Origin: Candidatus Saccharimonadales bacterium
Lineage (GTDB): Bacteria > Patescibacteriota > Saccharimonadia > Saccharimonadales > 2-12-FULL-41-12
Reading direction: 5' to 3'
NCBI GenBank assembly: GCA_025451045.1
Contig: JANWLD010000001.1
Location: 5,812 to 69,811 of the forward strand
Length of the DNA: 64,000 nucleotides
The position numbers and the translations under genes were made by a program. The number at the start of each line of letters is the position of its first letter. Position 1 is the stretch's first letter. Shown piece by piece: positions 24,802 to 33,241 of this stretch. Under the pieces are notes generated by a model. It did no database searches and was not told the DNA's origin. It worked only from the letters and a program-made list of their open reading frames with translations.

Positions 24802-25581
24802 TTAAATAACTATATGGCCTTTTTTGTGCGAAATTTTGGCCTTTATTGCAAATGTCTTTTCAGCTACGACTTTGCCGTTTTTATTTACTACTCTGCTTTT
24901 TTCCAATACTCTGGCACGCTCTCCGTGTTTTACATAGTAGTCGGCGTCTCTAGGTTCGTGAATACTTGGTAATTCAGTAAAGCCTGCTACGTGAGTATTG
25001 ATATTATTTATAGTCACCCAATCCCCAGATAAACTTCTCCATTTACTATCTCCGGAACCTTTGGCTTGAAACATGCCTACGGCACTAAGTTCAAATTTAC
25101 CGTCGCATTTTTCAGACAAAGGTTTAAAATCTTCCTTCAATACGTTTACTTGCCTTAAGTACTTTCCTGCTCGAAATACAGTAGCTTCTTCTATTTCCGG
25201 GCGGGTCAATCCTTCTTTTATACATTCCTGCTTCAAGCTTGAGATTGTGGCTTCCGGGTTTTCGTCATTAGCAAGTCGTCCTTCTGTTGAGGAGACACCG
25301 CCTGTTTTGTGCTTGCTTGAATGTTTCGAGCTAACACCGCCCATGGCAGCCGTATTTCGACCGGTATTCTTATTGTGATGTGTGGTTTTAATAGATGGTC
25401 CAAGCCCACCGGACAGAGCCTCTTGGTTATGTCCGCCGTACGCAACTGGTTGTTCCGCGTCAGCTACTGCCACCAGCCCCAAGGTTGCGCCAAGGCCCAA
25501 AGCTGTGATTTCGCCAATAGCTTTTAGCCTATTAATATTTTGTTTTAACGATTCAAATCGTGATGGGTCCTGTTCAGGCAT
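24802..25581 (-). CDS. MPEQDPSRFE-family membrane-anchored protein, paralog C
   Basis: 259 aa. Same N-terminus and C-domain as paralog A, with an extra Gly/His/Ser-rich linker. Confidence 0.65.
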   Translation of the reverse strand: MPEQDPSRFESLKQNINRLKAIGEITALGLGATLGLVAVADAEQPVAYGGHNQEALSGGLGPSIKTTHHNKNTGRNTAAMGGVSSKHSSKHKTGGVSSTEGRLANDENPEATISSLKQECIKEGLTRPEIEEATVFRAGKYLRQVNVLKEDFKPLSEKCDGKFELSAVGMFQAKGSGDSKWRSLSGDWVTINNINTHVAGFTELPSIHEPRDADYYVKHGERARVLEKSRVVNKNGKVVAEKTFAIKAKISHKKGHIVI

Positions 25582-25607
25582 CGGTAAAAACTCCGTTTAT
25601 TAACGAT

Positions 25608-25636
25608 ATATTACCAGATTTAATAAGTTTATGCAA
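25608..25636 (-). promoter_or_regulatory. promoter TTGCAT-17-TAATAT
   Basis: -35 at 25636-25631, -10 at 25613-25608. Confidence 0.5.
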
Positions 25637-25651
25637 GATTTTAAATAATGG

Positions 25652-25698
25652 TTGACTTAAAGTTATAACTAAAGGTATACTTATAGAGTAACTTTAAG
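25652..25698 (+). promoter_or_regulatory. TA-operon promoter with operator-like inverted repeats
   Basis: TTGACT 25652-25657, 18-nt spacer, TATACT 25676-25681. Perfect palindrome AGTTATAACT at 25661-25670. CTTAAAGTTA at 25656-25665 is inverted at 25689-25698. Confidence 0.5.
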
Positions 25699-25706
25699 GA
25701 TATATC

Positions 25707-25916
25707 ATGACAATAATAGGTTTAAAAGAACTGCGACAAAACGCCAGCGAAATAGCCGAGCGAGCTCAAAAAGGTGAAAGGTTTACCGTGGTAAAACGCA
25801 CTAAACCGGTTTTTACCATAATTCCCCCGCAGGAAGATGACTCAGAACTGAATGAGTGGTTGGACGAATATATTAACAAAAATCGGGAACTCCTAGAGTC
25901 GCTTGCGGATAAATGA
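25707..25916 (+). CDS. phd: Phd/YefM-type antitoxin
   Basis: 69 aa. The N-terminus IIGLKELRQNASEIAERAQKGERFTVVKRTKPVFTIIP matches the Phd/YefM pattern. ATGA overlap with doc. Confidence 0.8.
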   Translation: MTIIGLKELRQNASEIAERAQKGERFTVVKRTKPVFTIIPPQEDDSELNEWLDEYINKNRELLESLADK

Positions 25917-26302
25917 TCTTTCTAACAGTAAAAGAAATTGTTCTACTTCATGACAGAGTGGTGAATGAAACCGGCGGTAGCTTAGGGATAAGAGAACCTG
26001 GGTTACTGAGCGCAATCGCGGAAAAACCACAAGCAAGCTTTGGCGGAAAGGAACTCTACCCTACTGTCTTTGATAAATCTGCTGCTATATTCGAAGCTTT
26101 GTGTAACTACCATGTATTTATAGATGGGAACAAGCGCACAGCTATAACAATTCTGGAATATTTTTTATATAGAAACGGCTTGGTATTGGACGCAGACAAA
26201 GACCAAAAAGAAAAATTTACGCTTAACACAGCTGCAAACAATCCTGACTTGGCAGATGTCGCGCGGTGGATAAAAAAACACAGTAAAAAGGCCAAAAAAT
26301 GA
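25913..26302 (+). CDS. doc: Doc (death-on-curing) Fic-fold toxin
   Basis: 129 aa. Fic/Doc motif HVFIDGNKRTA. Confidence 0.85.
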   Translation: MIFLTVKEIVLLHDRVVNETGGSLGIREPGLLSAIAEKPQASFGGKELYPTVFDKSAAIFEALCNYHVFIDGNKRTAITILEYFLYRNGLVLDADKDQKEKFTLNTAANNPDLADVARWIKKHSKKAKK

Positions 26303-27384
26303 GTCTATCGATTGGGATTGTGGGATTGCCAAATGTCGGCAAATCCACGCTTTTTAACTCCTTAACTGGCAATATGATACTAGCCGCCAATTACCCATTT
26401 GCCACGATTGAGCCGAATACCGGCATAGTGCCGGTTCCCGACCCGCGCCTGGAAAAACTGGCCGAAATGTATAGTTCAAAAAAAGTTGTTCCTGCAGCAG
26501 TCACCTTCGTAGATATAGCCGGCCTAGTAGCCGGCGCAAGCGAGGGCGAAGGCCTCGGTAATCAGTTTCTTGGTCATATCAGAAGCTGCGCGGCTATCTG
26601 CCATGTCGTCAGGGCTTTTGAAGATAGCAACGTCCAGCATGTCGACAGCGTACATAGCCCTAAAAAAGACATTGAAACTATAAATACTGAACTAGTCCTC
26701 GCCGATTTACAAACTATTGATAAAAGATTGGCAAAAATTGAAAAGGAAGCCAAAGCGAACCCAAAAATCCGGCCGTTTGTTGAAGAAATCAAAAAAGCAA
26801 AGGGCGTATTGGACGAAGGCACGCCACTTTTTGCCAGCTCTTTGCTCTCTGCTTTTAGCTCCGAGCTCCTGGCTGACTTGCAGCTTATAACAATGAAACC
26901 TGTAATCTACTTATTTAACGTGGATGAAACTACTCTAGCGGACGAGAAAAAACAGGCTGAATTGAAAGCTTTGGTCGGTAATGCCAAAGCTGTATTTGTC
27001 TGCGCCAAACTGGAGGAAGAACTTAAAGGCCTGTCCGACGACGAAGCACAAGAGTTACTTCAAACCTACGGCGTCAACGAACGCGGCCTGGACAAAGTCA
27101 TCCATAGCGCTTACGAAGCGCTGGGTTTGCAAAGCTTTTTAACTGCCGGGGAGAAGGAAGTCCGTGCCTGGACAGTTAAAAAAGATGCGACCGCGCCGCA
27201 AGCCGCCGGCGTAATCCATACCGATTTCCAGCGCGGCTTTATCGCCGCCCAAGTGATAAATTATGATGACTTGGTATCGAGCGGCTCGGAAAGCGCGGCC
27301 AAAGCCGGCGGGAAAGTCGCAACCGTTGGCAAAGACTACATAATGCAACCCAACGACGTAGTGGAGTTCAGATTTAATGTGTAA
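26299..27384 (+). CDS. ychF: ribosome-binding ATPase YchF
   Basis: 361 aa. G1 GIVGLPNVGKSTLFN and a C-terminal TGS-like domain. ATGA overlap with the doc stop. Confidence 0.9.
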   Translation: MSLSIGIVGLPNVGKSTLFNSLTGNMILAANYPFATIEPNTGIVPVPDPRLEKLAEMYSSKKVVPAAVTFVDIAGLVAGASEGEGLGNQFLGHIRSCAAICHVVRAFEDSNVQHVDSVHSPKKDIETINTELVLADLQTIDKRLAKIEKEAKANPKIRPFVEEIKKAKGVLDEGTPLFASSLLSAFSSELLADLQLITMKPVIYLFNVDETTLADEKKQAELKALVGNAKAVFVCAKLEEELKGLSDDEAQELLQTYGVNERGLDKVIHSAYEALGLQSFLTAGEKEVRAWTVKKDATAPQAAGVIHTDFQRGFIAAQVINYDDLVSSGSESAAKAGGKVATVGKDYIMQPNDVVEFRFNV

Positions 27385-27391
27385 GACTTTG

Positions 27392-27419
27392 AGCTCTAAG
27401 CTTTTAGCTGTAAGCTAGG
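27392..27419. repeat. heptad array, AGCT flavour
   Basis: AGCT at 27392, 27399, 27406, 27413, between the ychF stop and ABC ATPase ATG 27427. Confidence 0.65.
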
Positions 27420-27426
27420 ATAAGAC

Positions 27427-28197
27427 ATGGATGCGCTTGATATTGTCGGTCTGGAAAAGACCTATGACAGTGGTACCAAGGCACTTCGCGGAATCGACCT
27501 AAAGATTCCCGAGGGGTCGTTTTTCGGTCTGCTTGGACCGAATGGAGCCGGTAAATCCACGCTTATCCACTGCCTGATGGGTTTGGCCATCCCGACCAAG
27601 GGACAGGCCAGCATCTTCGGCCATGACGTGGTAACGGATGCTAGGCAGGCCCGCAGCAAAGTCGGCCTAGCGCCCCAAGAAGTCAACCTGGATTGGTTTT
27701 TGAACGTTGAAGACACGCTGGATTTTCACGGCGGCTACTTTTCTATGCGTAAAAAAGACCGCAAAAAGCGCATTGAACAGCTTTTAAAAGACTTTTCCCT
27801 GACTGATAAGCGAAAAGACCGGACGATGTTTTTATCCGGCGGCATGAAGCGCCGGGTATTGCTGGCGCGGGCACTGATGCACCGGCCAAAATTTTTAATC
27901 TTGGATGAGCCTACCGCTGGCGTGGATGTAGAGCTTCGCCTGCAGCTATGGAAATACATGCGGGAGGTCAACAAAGCCGGCACGACCATTTTGCTGACTA
28001 CGCATTATATCGAGGAAGCCGAACAGTTGTGCGACAATATAGCGCTGATTAACAAGGGTAAGATTATCAGGACCGGCACCAGCGATGAGCTGAAAAAAAG
28101 CTACAAACAAAAGACCCTGGAGGATGTATATCTGAAAGTTGTCGGACGCAGTGAACTGGCGCGGACTACTTTGGACCAAAGCGAGGTCAGCAAATAA
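27427..28197 (+). CDS. ABC transporter ATP-binding protein
   Basis: 256 aa. Walker A GPNGAGKST, signature LSGGMKRR, Walker B LILDEPT. Confidence 0.9.
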   Translation: MDALDIVGLEKTYDSGTKALRGIDLKIPEGSFFGLLGPNGAGKSTLIHCLMGLAIPTKGQASIFGHDVVTDARQARSKVGLAPQEVNLDWFLNVEDTLDFHGGYFSMRKKDRKKRIEQLLKDFSLTDKRKDRTMFLSGGMKRRVLLARALMHRPKFLILDEPTAGVDVELRLQLWKYMREVNKAGTTILLTTHYIEEAEQLCDNIALINKGKIIRTGTSDELKKSYKQKTLEDVYLKVVGRSELARTTLDQSEVSK

Positions 28198-28976
28198 TGG
28201 AAGGGCTGGTTTATCGCTGGCTGCCGTTTTGGACGGTTCTGCGGCGCGAATTGGCGCGTTTTTGGGGAATCAAACGCCAGACTATTTTTGGGCCGCTGCT
28301 CGAAACTTATCTGTATATCAGCATTTTTGGCGCCGCGCTGGGCAGCCGGATAAATCAACTGGACGGATACAGCTACATTGTCTTTATTATTCCCGGACTT
28401 TTGATGATGAGCTTTTCGATGAATATATTTATCAACAATTCGTTTTCTATCCTGCAGCAGAAACTCCAGCGGGCAATTGATGATCAGCTGGCTTCGCCGG
28501 TGTCCAATACCGAACTGCTGGCCGCTTTCGGGCTGGGCGGTTTCTTCCGGGCATCGATAATCTCGGCAATAACCTTTATAACGGCGAAAGTGTTGATACC
28601 GGATTTGCCGGTGGTTCATCCTTTGATGTTTGTGTTAAGTTTTATTTTTATCGGTTTGTTCTTCGCCATGGCCGGAGTATTGGTTGGCCTGCGTTCTGAA
28701 AAATTCGATGATGTTAGCTTTTATCAAAGTTTCATTCTGCAGCCGCTTATTTTTCTTGGCGGGGTGTTTTATTCGGCCAGCTTGTTGCCGCCTCTTTTTG
28801 AAACTTTAACCCGCTTTAACCCGATATATTACATGATTAACACCTTGCGCTACTCAATGCTCGGCACTGCCGACATTAATCCCGAACTTAGTCTGCTGGC
28901 GATTGCCGTGGCTGGCCTGATACTTTTAGCTATCAATTACCGGCTGTTTAAACGCGGTTATAAACTGCGCTCTTAA
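28197..28976 (+). CDS. ABC-2 type transporter permease
   Basis: 259 aa, about 6 TM helices. Start overlaps the ATPase stop. Confidence 0.8.
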   Translation: MEGLVYRWLPFWTVLRRELARFWGIKRQTIFGPLLETYLYISIFGAALGSRINQLDGYSYIVFIIPGLLMMSFSMNIFINNSFSILQQKLQRAIDDQLASPVSNTELLAAFGLGGFFRASIISAITFITAKVLIPDLPVVHPLMFVLSFIFIGLFFAMAGVLVGLRSEKFDDVSFYQSFILQPLIFLGGVFYSASLLPPLFETLTRFNPIYYMINTLRYSMLGTADINPELSLLAIAVAGLILLAINYRLFKRGYKLRS

Positions 28977-28990
28977 TGGACTTGTCTGCC

Positions 28991-29938
28991 TTACTGGTTT
29001 TCTATCATCTTGGTAAGTTCGGTAATTTGTTTTAAACTGCCGCCTTCGCTCATGATAACCAACGCGTAGCTTCGGCTGCCATGGGTAATGATACCGGCAT
29101 CATTGGCCACGCCATTCATCTCGCCTATTTTGTCGGCTACTCGGCAGTCTTTACAGCCTTTGCTTATACCCTCATTGTTTATCTGCTGGTAAAGCGTATC
29201 AAAAACAAAGCGGCGGGCATTGTCGCTAAGTATTTGGCCCTTTTGTAGCCGTATTAACAGTTCTCCCACGTCCGAAACGGTCGTGACCCGGCCGTCTGTG
29301 CCTGAAATGCTGGTATGGACAAAGCCGTTCTTGCGGTTTAATCCGTTGACTACGCCCCAGCCAATATAGTTGCTTAGGGTTTCAGCGCACGGACTATCTG
29401 ATTTTTGCAGCATCTCCTCCACGCACTGGCTTATATTGGTCCAGTCCGACGTCCAAGTATAAGCCCATTTATCATACGGAAGTTTGCTTTCCAGGGCTTC
29501 TAGCAAGAATAATTTGTATAAGCTGGCCGCTGGCAATACCATGTTCGGATTAATCTCCACAGAGTTGCCGTCTTTAAAATCATACAAAAACACCGACCAT
29601 TTCTGATCTTTAGGAAAATCATCCAACTTCTCTCTTATCAGTTCAGTCAGGGCTTCATTATTCTGTTCGCCGACAGCCGGTAGTTCATCCTGTTTGGGTT
29701 CGGGGGCGGCCAGTGCCGATTGGCTGATTGCCACGGGGTGTTTCTTTTGAAGCTCAAGGAGGTGGTTAAATGCCGGCACCACGAAGTACGCAAACATGAA
29801 AAAAACACCGCCGATGGTAAGCATGGTACTTAGATACAATGCTGCCCGTTTGGAGCGTCTATTCACATAGACGACACCATGGCGATGATGAAAATATTTA
29901 GTCCGTCCAAAATCCGAAAATTTTTGTATGTGTTTCAC
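28991..29938 (-). CDS. membrane-anchored class-A beta-lactamase-like serine hydrolase
   Basis: 315 aa. TM anchor, SxxK as SLYK, SDS (SDN-like), KIG (KTG-like). GTG start without a clear SD. Confidence 0.55.
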   Translation of the reverse strand: MKHIQKFSDFGRTKYFHHRHGVVYVNRRSKRAALYLSTMLTIGGVFFMFAYFVVPAFNHLLELQKKHPVAISQSALAAPEPKQDELPAVGEQNNEALTELIREKLDDFPKDQKWSVFLYDFKDGNSVEINPNMVLPAASLYKLFLLEALESKLPYDKWAYTWTSDWTNISQCVEEMLQKSDSPCAETLSNYIGWGVVNGLNRKNGFVHTSISGTDGRVTTVSDVGELLIRLQKGQILSDNARRFVFDTLYQQINNEGISKGCKDCRVADKIGEMNGVANDAGIITHGSRSYALVIMSEGGSLKQITELTKMIENQ

Positions 29939-30282
29939 TTGAGCGAATCGTTTTTATTTAAGAGAGCCCGCAGAAAAATCTTAACTCGATTGAGTTGAAT
30001 ATTTCCCTGCTAGGCTCCCAGTTTTTGTTGTTTTAGCGTTTTGTTTCGCTTTTCCAGCAACCAAAGTTGCCTGCGACTAAATTACCACAGTAAGAAATCG
30101 GCGCAAGGTCATTTTTTTGTGCACGAAATTCGGGCGCGTGAACAATTATTTTTTATCTTTGTTAACTACTCTTTACAGGTATAAATATGTCCTCTATTAA
30201 CCGCAGTTAAGACAGATACCGGCTTGTGGATAACTTTTCCCTCTTTAGACCGTGTGTAAATAATTTATTCGCGGATGGCTTA

Positions 30283-30942
30283 TCACCAGCTGAGAGTGAT
30301 GTTTTTCATTGTTTCAACGATAGTTTGGTGATCAGGCAGTTGGTTATCTTCATAATAATGATCGGTATCCATATAGGATTCTACTACGCTAAGACAGCAT
30401 ATCTCGTCCGTTAAAAGATGCATCTTGTCCACTGCGGCCACACTGGCTACCGGAGTAACTGCTAGAATTCTTTTGGTTTTTATCGGCTTTAAAAAATCAA
30501 TCGCTACATCGAGCGACAAGGCGTTTCTCAAACCATCAGAGACTAAAATAACCGTATGGTTTTTAAGCAAGCTTTTAGGAATATTTGCCTCTTCCTCGTC
30601 TATTCTGTTCAGTTTTTGAAAAGTCATCATTCGCTTTTCCTCAATAATAGAACGATAGTCAGCATTAAGAACTTCCAGCTCCCCGGTGGAATATTCTCTG
30701 TTATAGGTAAACGTCCCGGCAGCGCTCATAGTGGCTATGGGTTTTTGTTCCCCGGGAAGTTCTACCTCTTCCATCACTAACAAAAATAGCGATGTGTGCA
30801 GCCTTTGAGCAATCTCAGCCCCGACAACTACTCCGCCTTCACTCAAGCTGATAATAACGCAATTTTGTTTCCTATACGCGCCGAGTTTATCAGCAATTAG
30901 TTTTCCTGCCTCTTGGCGATTAGTGAAATACCTCATATTCAA
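30283..30942 (-). CDS. phosphoribosyltransferase-family protein
   Basis: 219 aa. Type-I PRT-like core (VILVSDGLRNALS region), similar to the 'putative phosphoribosyl transferase' family. Confidence 0.55.
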   Translation of the reverse strand: MNMRYFTNRQEAGKLIADKLGAYRKQNCVIISLSEGGVVVGAEIAQRLHTSLFLLVMEEVELPGEQKPIATMSAAGTFTYNREYSTGELEVLNADYRSIIEEKRMMTFQKLNRIDEEEANIPKSLLKNHTVILVSDGLRNALSLDVAIDFLKPIKTKRILAVTPVASVAAVDKMHLLTDEICCLSVVESYMDTDHYYEDNQLPDHQTIVETMKNITLSW

Positions 30943-30985
30943 ACGCTAGTTTACCATGCTAACGCTTATAAGATTACAAAATTAA

Positions 30986-31708
30986 TCAAAGCGTCTTGAG
31001 CAAATAGAATCTTTCAACGTTGCCTTTTGGCCCGGCAACTTTTGAATCTGCCTTATTAACTACCTTATAGGTTTTGGCTGACCAATTTTCAAAGTCTTTT
31101 AATATTTTTCGGCGGATAGTCTCATTCTTAATTACTCCCTTGTGCTTGTATCCTTCCGCTTCCGCTTCAAATTGCGGCTTTACCATAGCGACTATCAAAG
31201 AGTCCGGGGTTAGCAGTTTTAAGAGATGATCTAATACCAATCTTATACTTATAAAAGATACGTCAATAAGGCAATAATCAACTTTTGTACTCAGCTTACT
31301 TATATTTCTGATGTCGGTTCTCTCATGCAGTTCAACAATCGGACTCAGCCTTAGGCGGGCGTCCATCTGCTGTTTGCCGACATCCACGGCAATAATTTTA
31401 GTGGCTCCGTGTTGAAGCGCGAAGTCTGTGAACCCACCAGTACTGCTGCCTACGTCAAGTACTGCCTTCCCGCGAAAATCAAGTTCGAAGCTGCTAGCAA
31501 CCGACTCAAGCTTCAAAGCGGCCCGTGAAACGTATTTAATTTCAGATGTTAGTTTAACAACATCATTTTTTGCAATATTTGAATTTGATTTCTTAATTAT
31601 CTTTCCGTTTATGGTTACATGTCCTAGTTTTATATAGTTCTCTGCCTGACTTCTAGTTGCAGCTAAACCCTTTGCTACAAGATAATTATCCAGCCTTATA
31701 CGATTCAT
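30986..31708 (-). CDS. tlyA: TlyA-family rRNA 2'-O-methyltransferase
   Basis: 240 aa. N-terminal S4 domain (RLDNYLV...SRSQAENYIKLGHVTINGK) and SAM motif DVGSSTGGFTD. Confidence 0.85.
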   Translation of the reverse strand: MNRIRLDNYLVAKGLAATRSQAENYIKLGHVTINGKIIKKSNSNIAKNDVVKLTSEIKYVSRAALKLESVASSFELDFRGKAVLDVGSSTGGFTDFALQHGATKIIAVDVGKQQMDARLRLSPIVELHERTDIRNISKLSTKVDYCLIDVSFISIRLVLDHLLKLLTPDSLIVAMVKPQFEAEAEGYKHKGVIKNETIRRKILKDFENWSAKTYKVVNKADSKVAGPKGNVERFYLLKTL

Positions 31709-31710
31709 GC

Positions 31711-32277
31711 TTAAGCTTTTTTTCGTTCGCGATAATTGCCCGTTGTGGTATCCACACTGACGATATCACCCGTTTTGATGAAAGCCGGAACTTTGATATT
31801 TACCCCGGTTTCAAGCCTTGCGCCCTTAGTCAGTGCTGAGCTGGTGTCACCTCGTACCGCGTCTTCGGCATATTCTACCGTTAAGTATACGTTTTTCGGT
31901 ACTTCAACGTTTATCACTTTTGCGTTAAAGCTTTGGGCGATAACCTCCTGCCCTTCCTTCAAGTACTGGCCCTGTTCGCCTATCACCGGCTTTGGCACTT
32001 CAAAAGTTTCATACGAGTCATTGTCCATGAAATACAAATTGTTACCGTCTGCATACAAAAACTGGGCATTTGAATTTTTAATTTCGGCGTCAGTGACAGA
32101 ATCATTACCCTTGAAGGTTTTGTCTAGTACCTTGCCGTCCGACAAGCTCTTAATTTTCACATTGACTATTGAGCCGCCTCGACCCATAACCTTCTGGCTG
32201 TATTCCACGACTTTATAAGGAACACCATCCAACTGGAAAATCGTACCTTTCTTTAAATCAGTTATAGATAAACTCAT
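31711..32277 (-). CDS. efp: elongation factor P
   Basis: 188 aa. KKGTIFQLDGVPYKVVEY with three-domain length. The loop tip reads MGRGG (Arg33) instead of PGKG. Confidence 0.9.
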   Translation of the reverse strand: MSLSITDLKKGTIFQLDGVPYKVVEYSQKVMGRGGSIVNVKIKSLSDGKVLDKTFKGNDSVTDAEIKNSNAQFLYADGNNLYFMDNDSYETFEVPKPVIGEQGQYLKEGQEVIAQSFNAKVINVEVPKNVYLTVEYAEDAVRGDTSSALTKGARLETGVNIKVPAFIKTGDIVSVDTTTGNYRERKKA

Positions 32278-32305
32278 TTTCGCTCCTTTTCAGTCGCTTA
32301 GTTTA

Positions 32306-32369
32306 TAGGGGTTAGGTTTTAGGGGTTAGGTAGTTTGCTAGAACCTAGTCCCTAGCACCTTTAACCTAC
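32306..32369. repeat. inverted pair of heptad arrays (rpsR|efp junction)
   Basis: TAG at 32306, 32313, 32320, 32327. CCT at 32344, 32351, 32358, 32365. 32325-32367 is identical to 32625-32667. Confidence 0.8.
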
Positions 32370-32370
32370 T

Positions 32371-32574
32371 TTAACCATTTTGGACAAATGGAAGCAAAGC
32401 GATATGCCGAGCGCGTTTGATGGCAACAGCCAGTCTTCTTTGCTGGCTTTCTGATAGCCCTGTTTTTTTGCGAGGTTCTATCTGTCCGTATTGATTAACG
32501 TAGCGCTGCAAAGTCTTGAAATCTTTGTAGTCAAAAAATGCTACGTCTGTTCTGTGTTTAAAAATCTTCGCCAC
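32371..32574 (-). CDS. rpsR: 30S ribosomal protein S18
   Basis: 67 aa, [21 protein letters not shown] start after AAGGAGAAC. Confidence 0.9.
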   Translation of the reverse strand: MAKIFKHRTDVAFFDYKDFKTLQRYVNQYGQIEPRKKTGLSESQQRRLAVAIKRARHIALLPFVQNG

Positions 32575-32598
32575 TTATGTTCTCCTTTCAGTTGAACT

Positions 32599-32669
32599 TA
32601 GTTATTAGTTGCTAGTTGTTAGTCGTTAGGTAGTTTGCTAGAACCTAGTCCCTAGCACCTTTAACCTGT
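32599..32669. repeat. inverted pair of heptad arrays (ssb|rpsR junction)
   Basis: TAG at 32599, 32606, 32613, 32620, 32627. CCT at 32644, 32651, 32658, 32665. Confidence 0.8.
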
Positions 32670-33140
32670 TTAGAATGGGATGTCGTCGAGATTGATAGGC
32701 TCATCATCAACATCCTCAATCTTTACTTCTTTATCACTTTTTTTAGAAGCAGGCTTCTTTGGTGTCGGTTCACTGTCGTTTGACGGTTCATGTCCGCCAC
32801 CGCCTTCACCACGTCCGCCAAGAAAAGTAACGTCTTGGGCAATCACTTCAAGCTTGCTGCGTTTTTGGCCATCTTGTTCCCAACTGCGGCTTTGCAAGCG
32901 TCCGCTGACCAGCACCGGCCGGCCTTTGGTTATATATTGTGCGACCCTCTCTCCAAGTGCGGCCCATGCCACTACGTCTACAAAGTCAGTCGCTTCTTTC
33001 CATTCGCCATCTTGCCCTTTATAACTTCTGTTAAGGGCCAAACTAAAACTGCAAACACTCTGCCCGCTTGGGATTTGCCGCAGTTCAGGGTCGCGGGTTA
33101 GGTTGCCCATCAAAATTACTTGGTTAAAACTCCGTGCCAC
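32670..33140 (-). CDS. ssb: single-stranded DNA-binding protein
   Basis: 156 aa. OB fold start NQVILMGNLTRDPELR, Gly-rich linker, acidic tip DLDDIPF. GTG start. Confidence 0.9.
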   Translation of the reverse strand: MARSFNQVILMGNLTRDPELRQIPSGQSVCSFSLALNRSYKGQDGEWKEATDFVDVVAWAALGERVAQYITKGRPVLVSGRLQSRSWEQDGQKRSKLEVIAQDVTFLGGRGEGGGGHEPSNDSEPTPKKPASKKSDKEVKIEDVDDEPINLDDIPF

Positions 33141-33164
33141 TTTGTTCTCCTTTCAGTCGAACTT

Positions 33165-33241
33165 AGGTTATAGCTGCCAGGTTCTAGGTTAGAGTTGTCT
33201 TCTTTTACTATAACCTATCCACTCGAACCTGTAACCTCGAT
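33165..33241. repeat. inverted pair of heptad arrays (rpsF|ssb junction)
   Basis: AG at 33165, 33172, 33179, 33186, 33193 (AGGTT x3). AACCT at 33212, 33226, 33233. A 13-nt T-rich centre. Confidence 0.75.

Noticed and set aside
32306-32330. Telomere-like TTAGGG/TTTAGGG words in the arrays (and CCCTAA at 12733 and 16117)
   Set aside because: The resemblance follows from the TAGG heptad composition. The arrays are internal and short, occur in several flavours (AGCT, GGTA), and lie in an apparently ordinary bacterial operon context.
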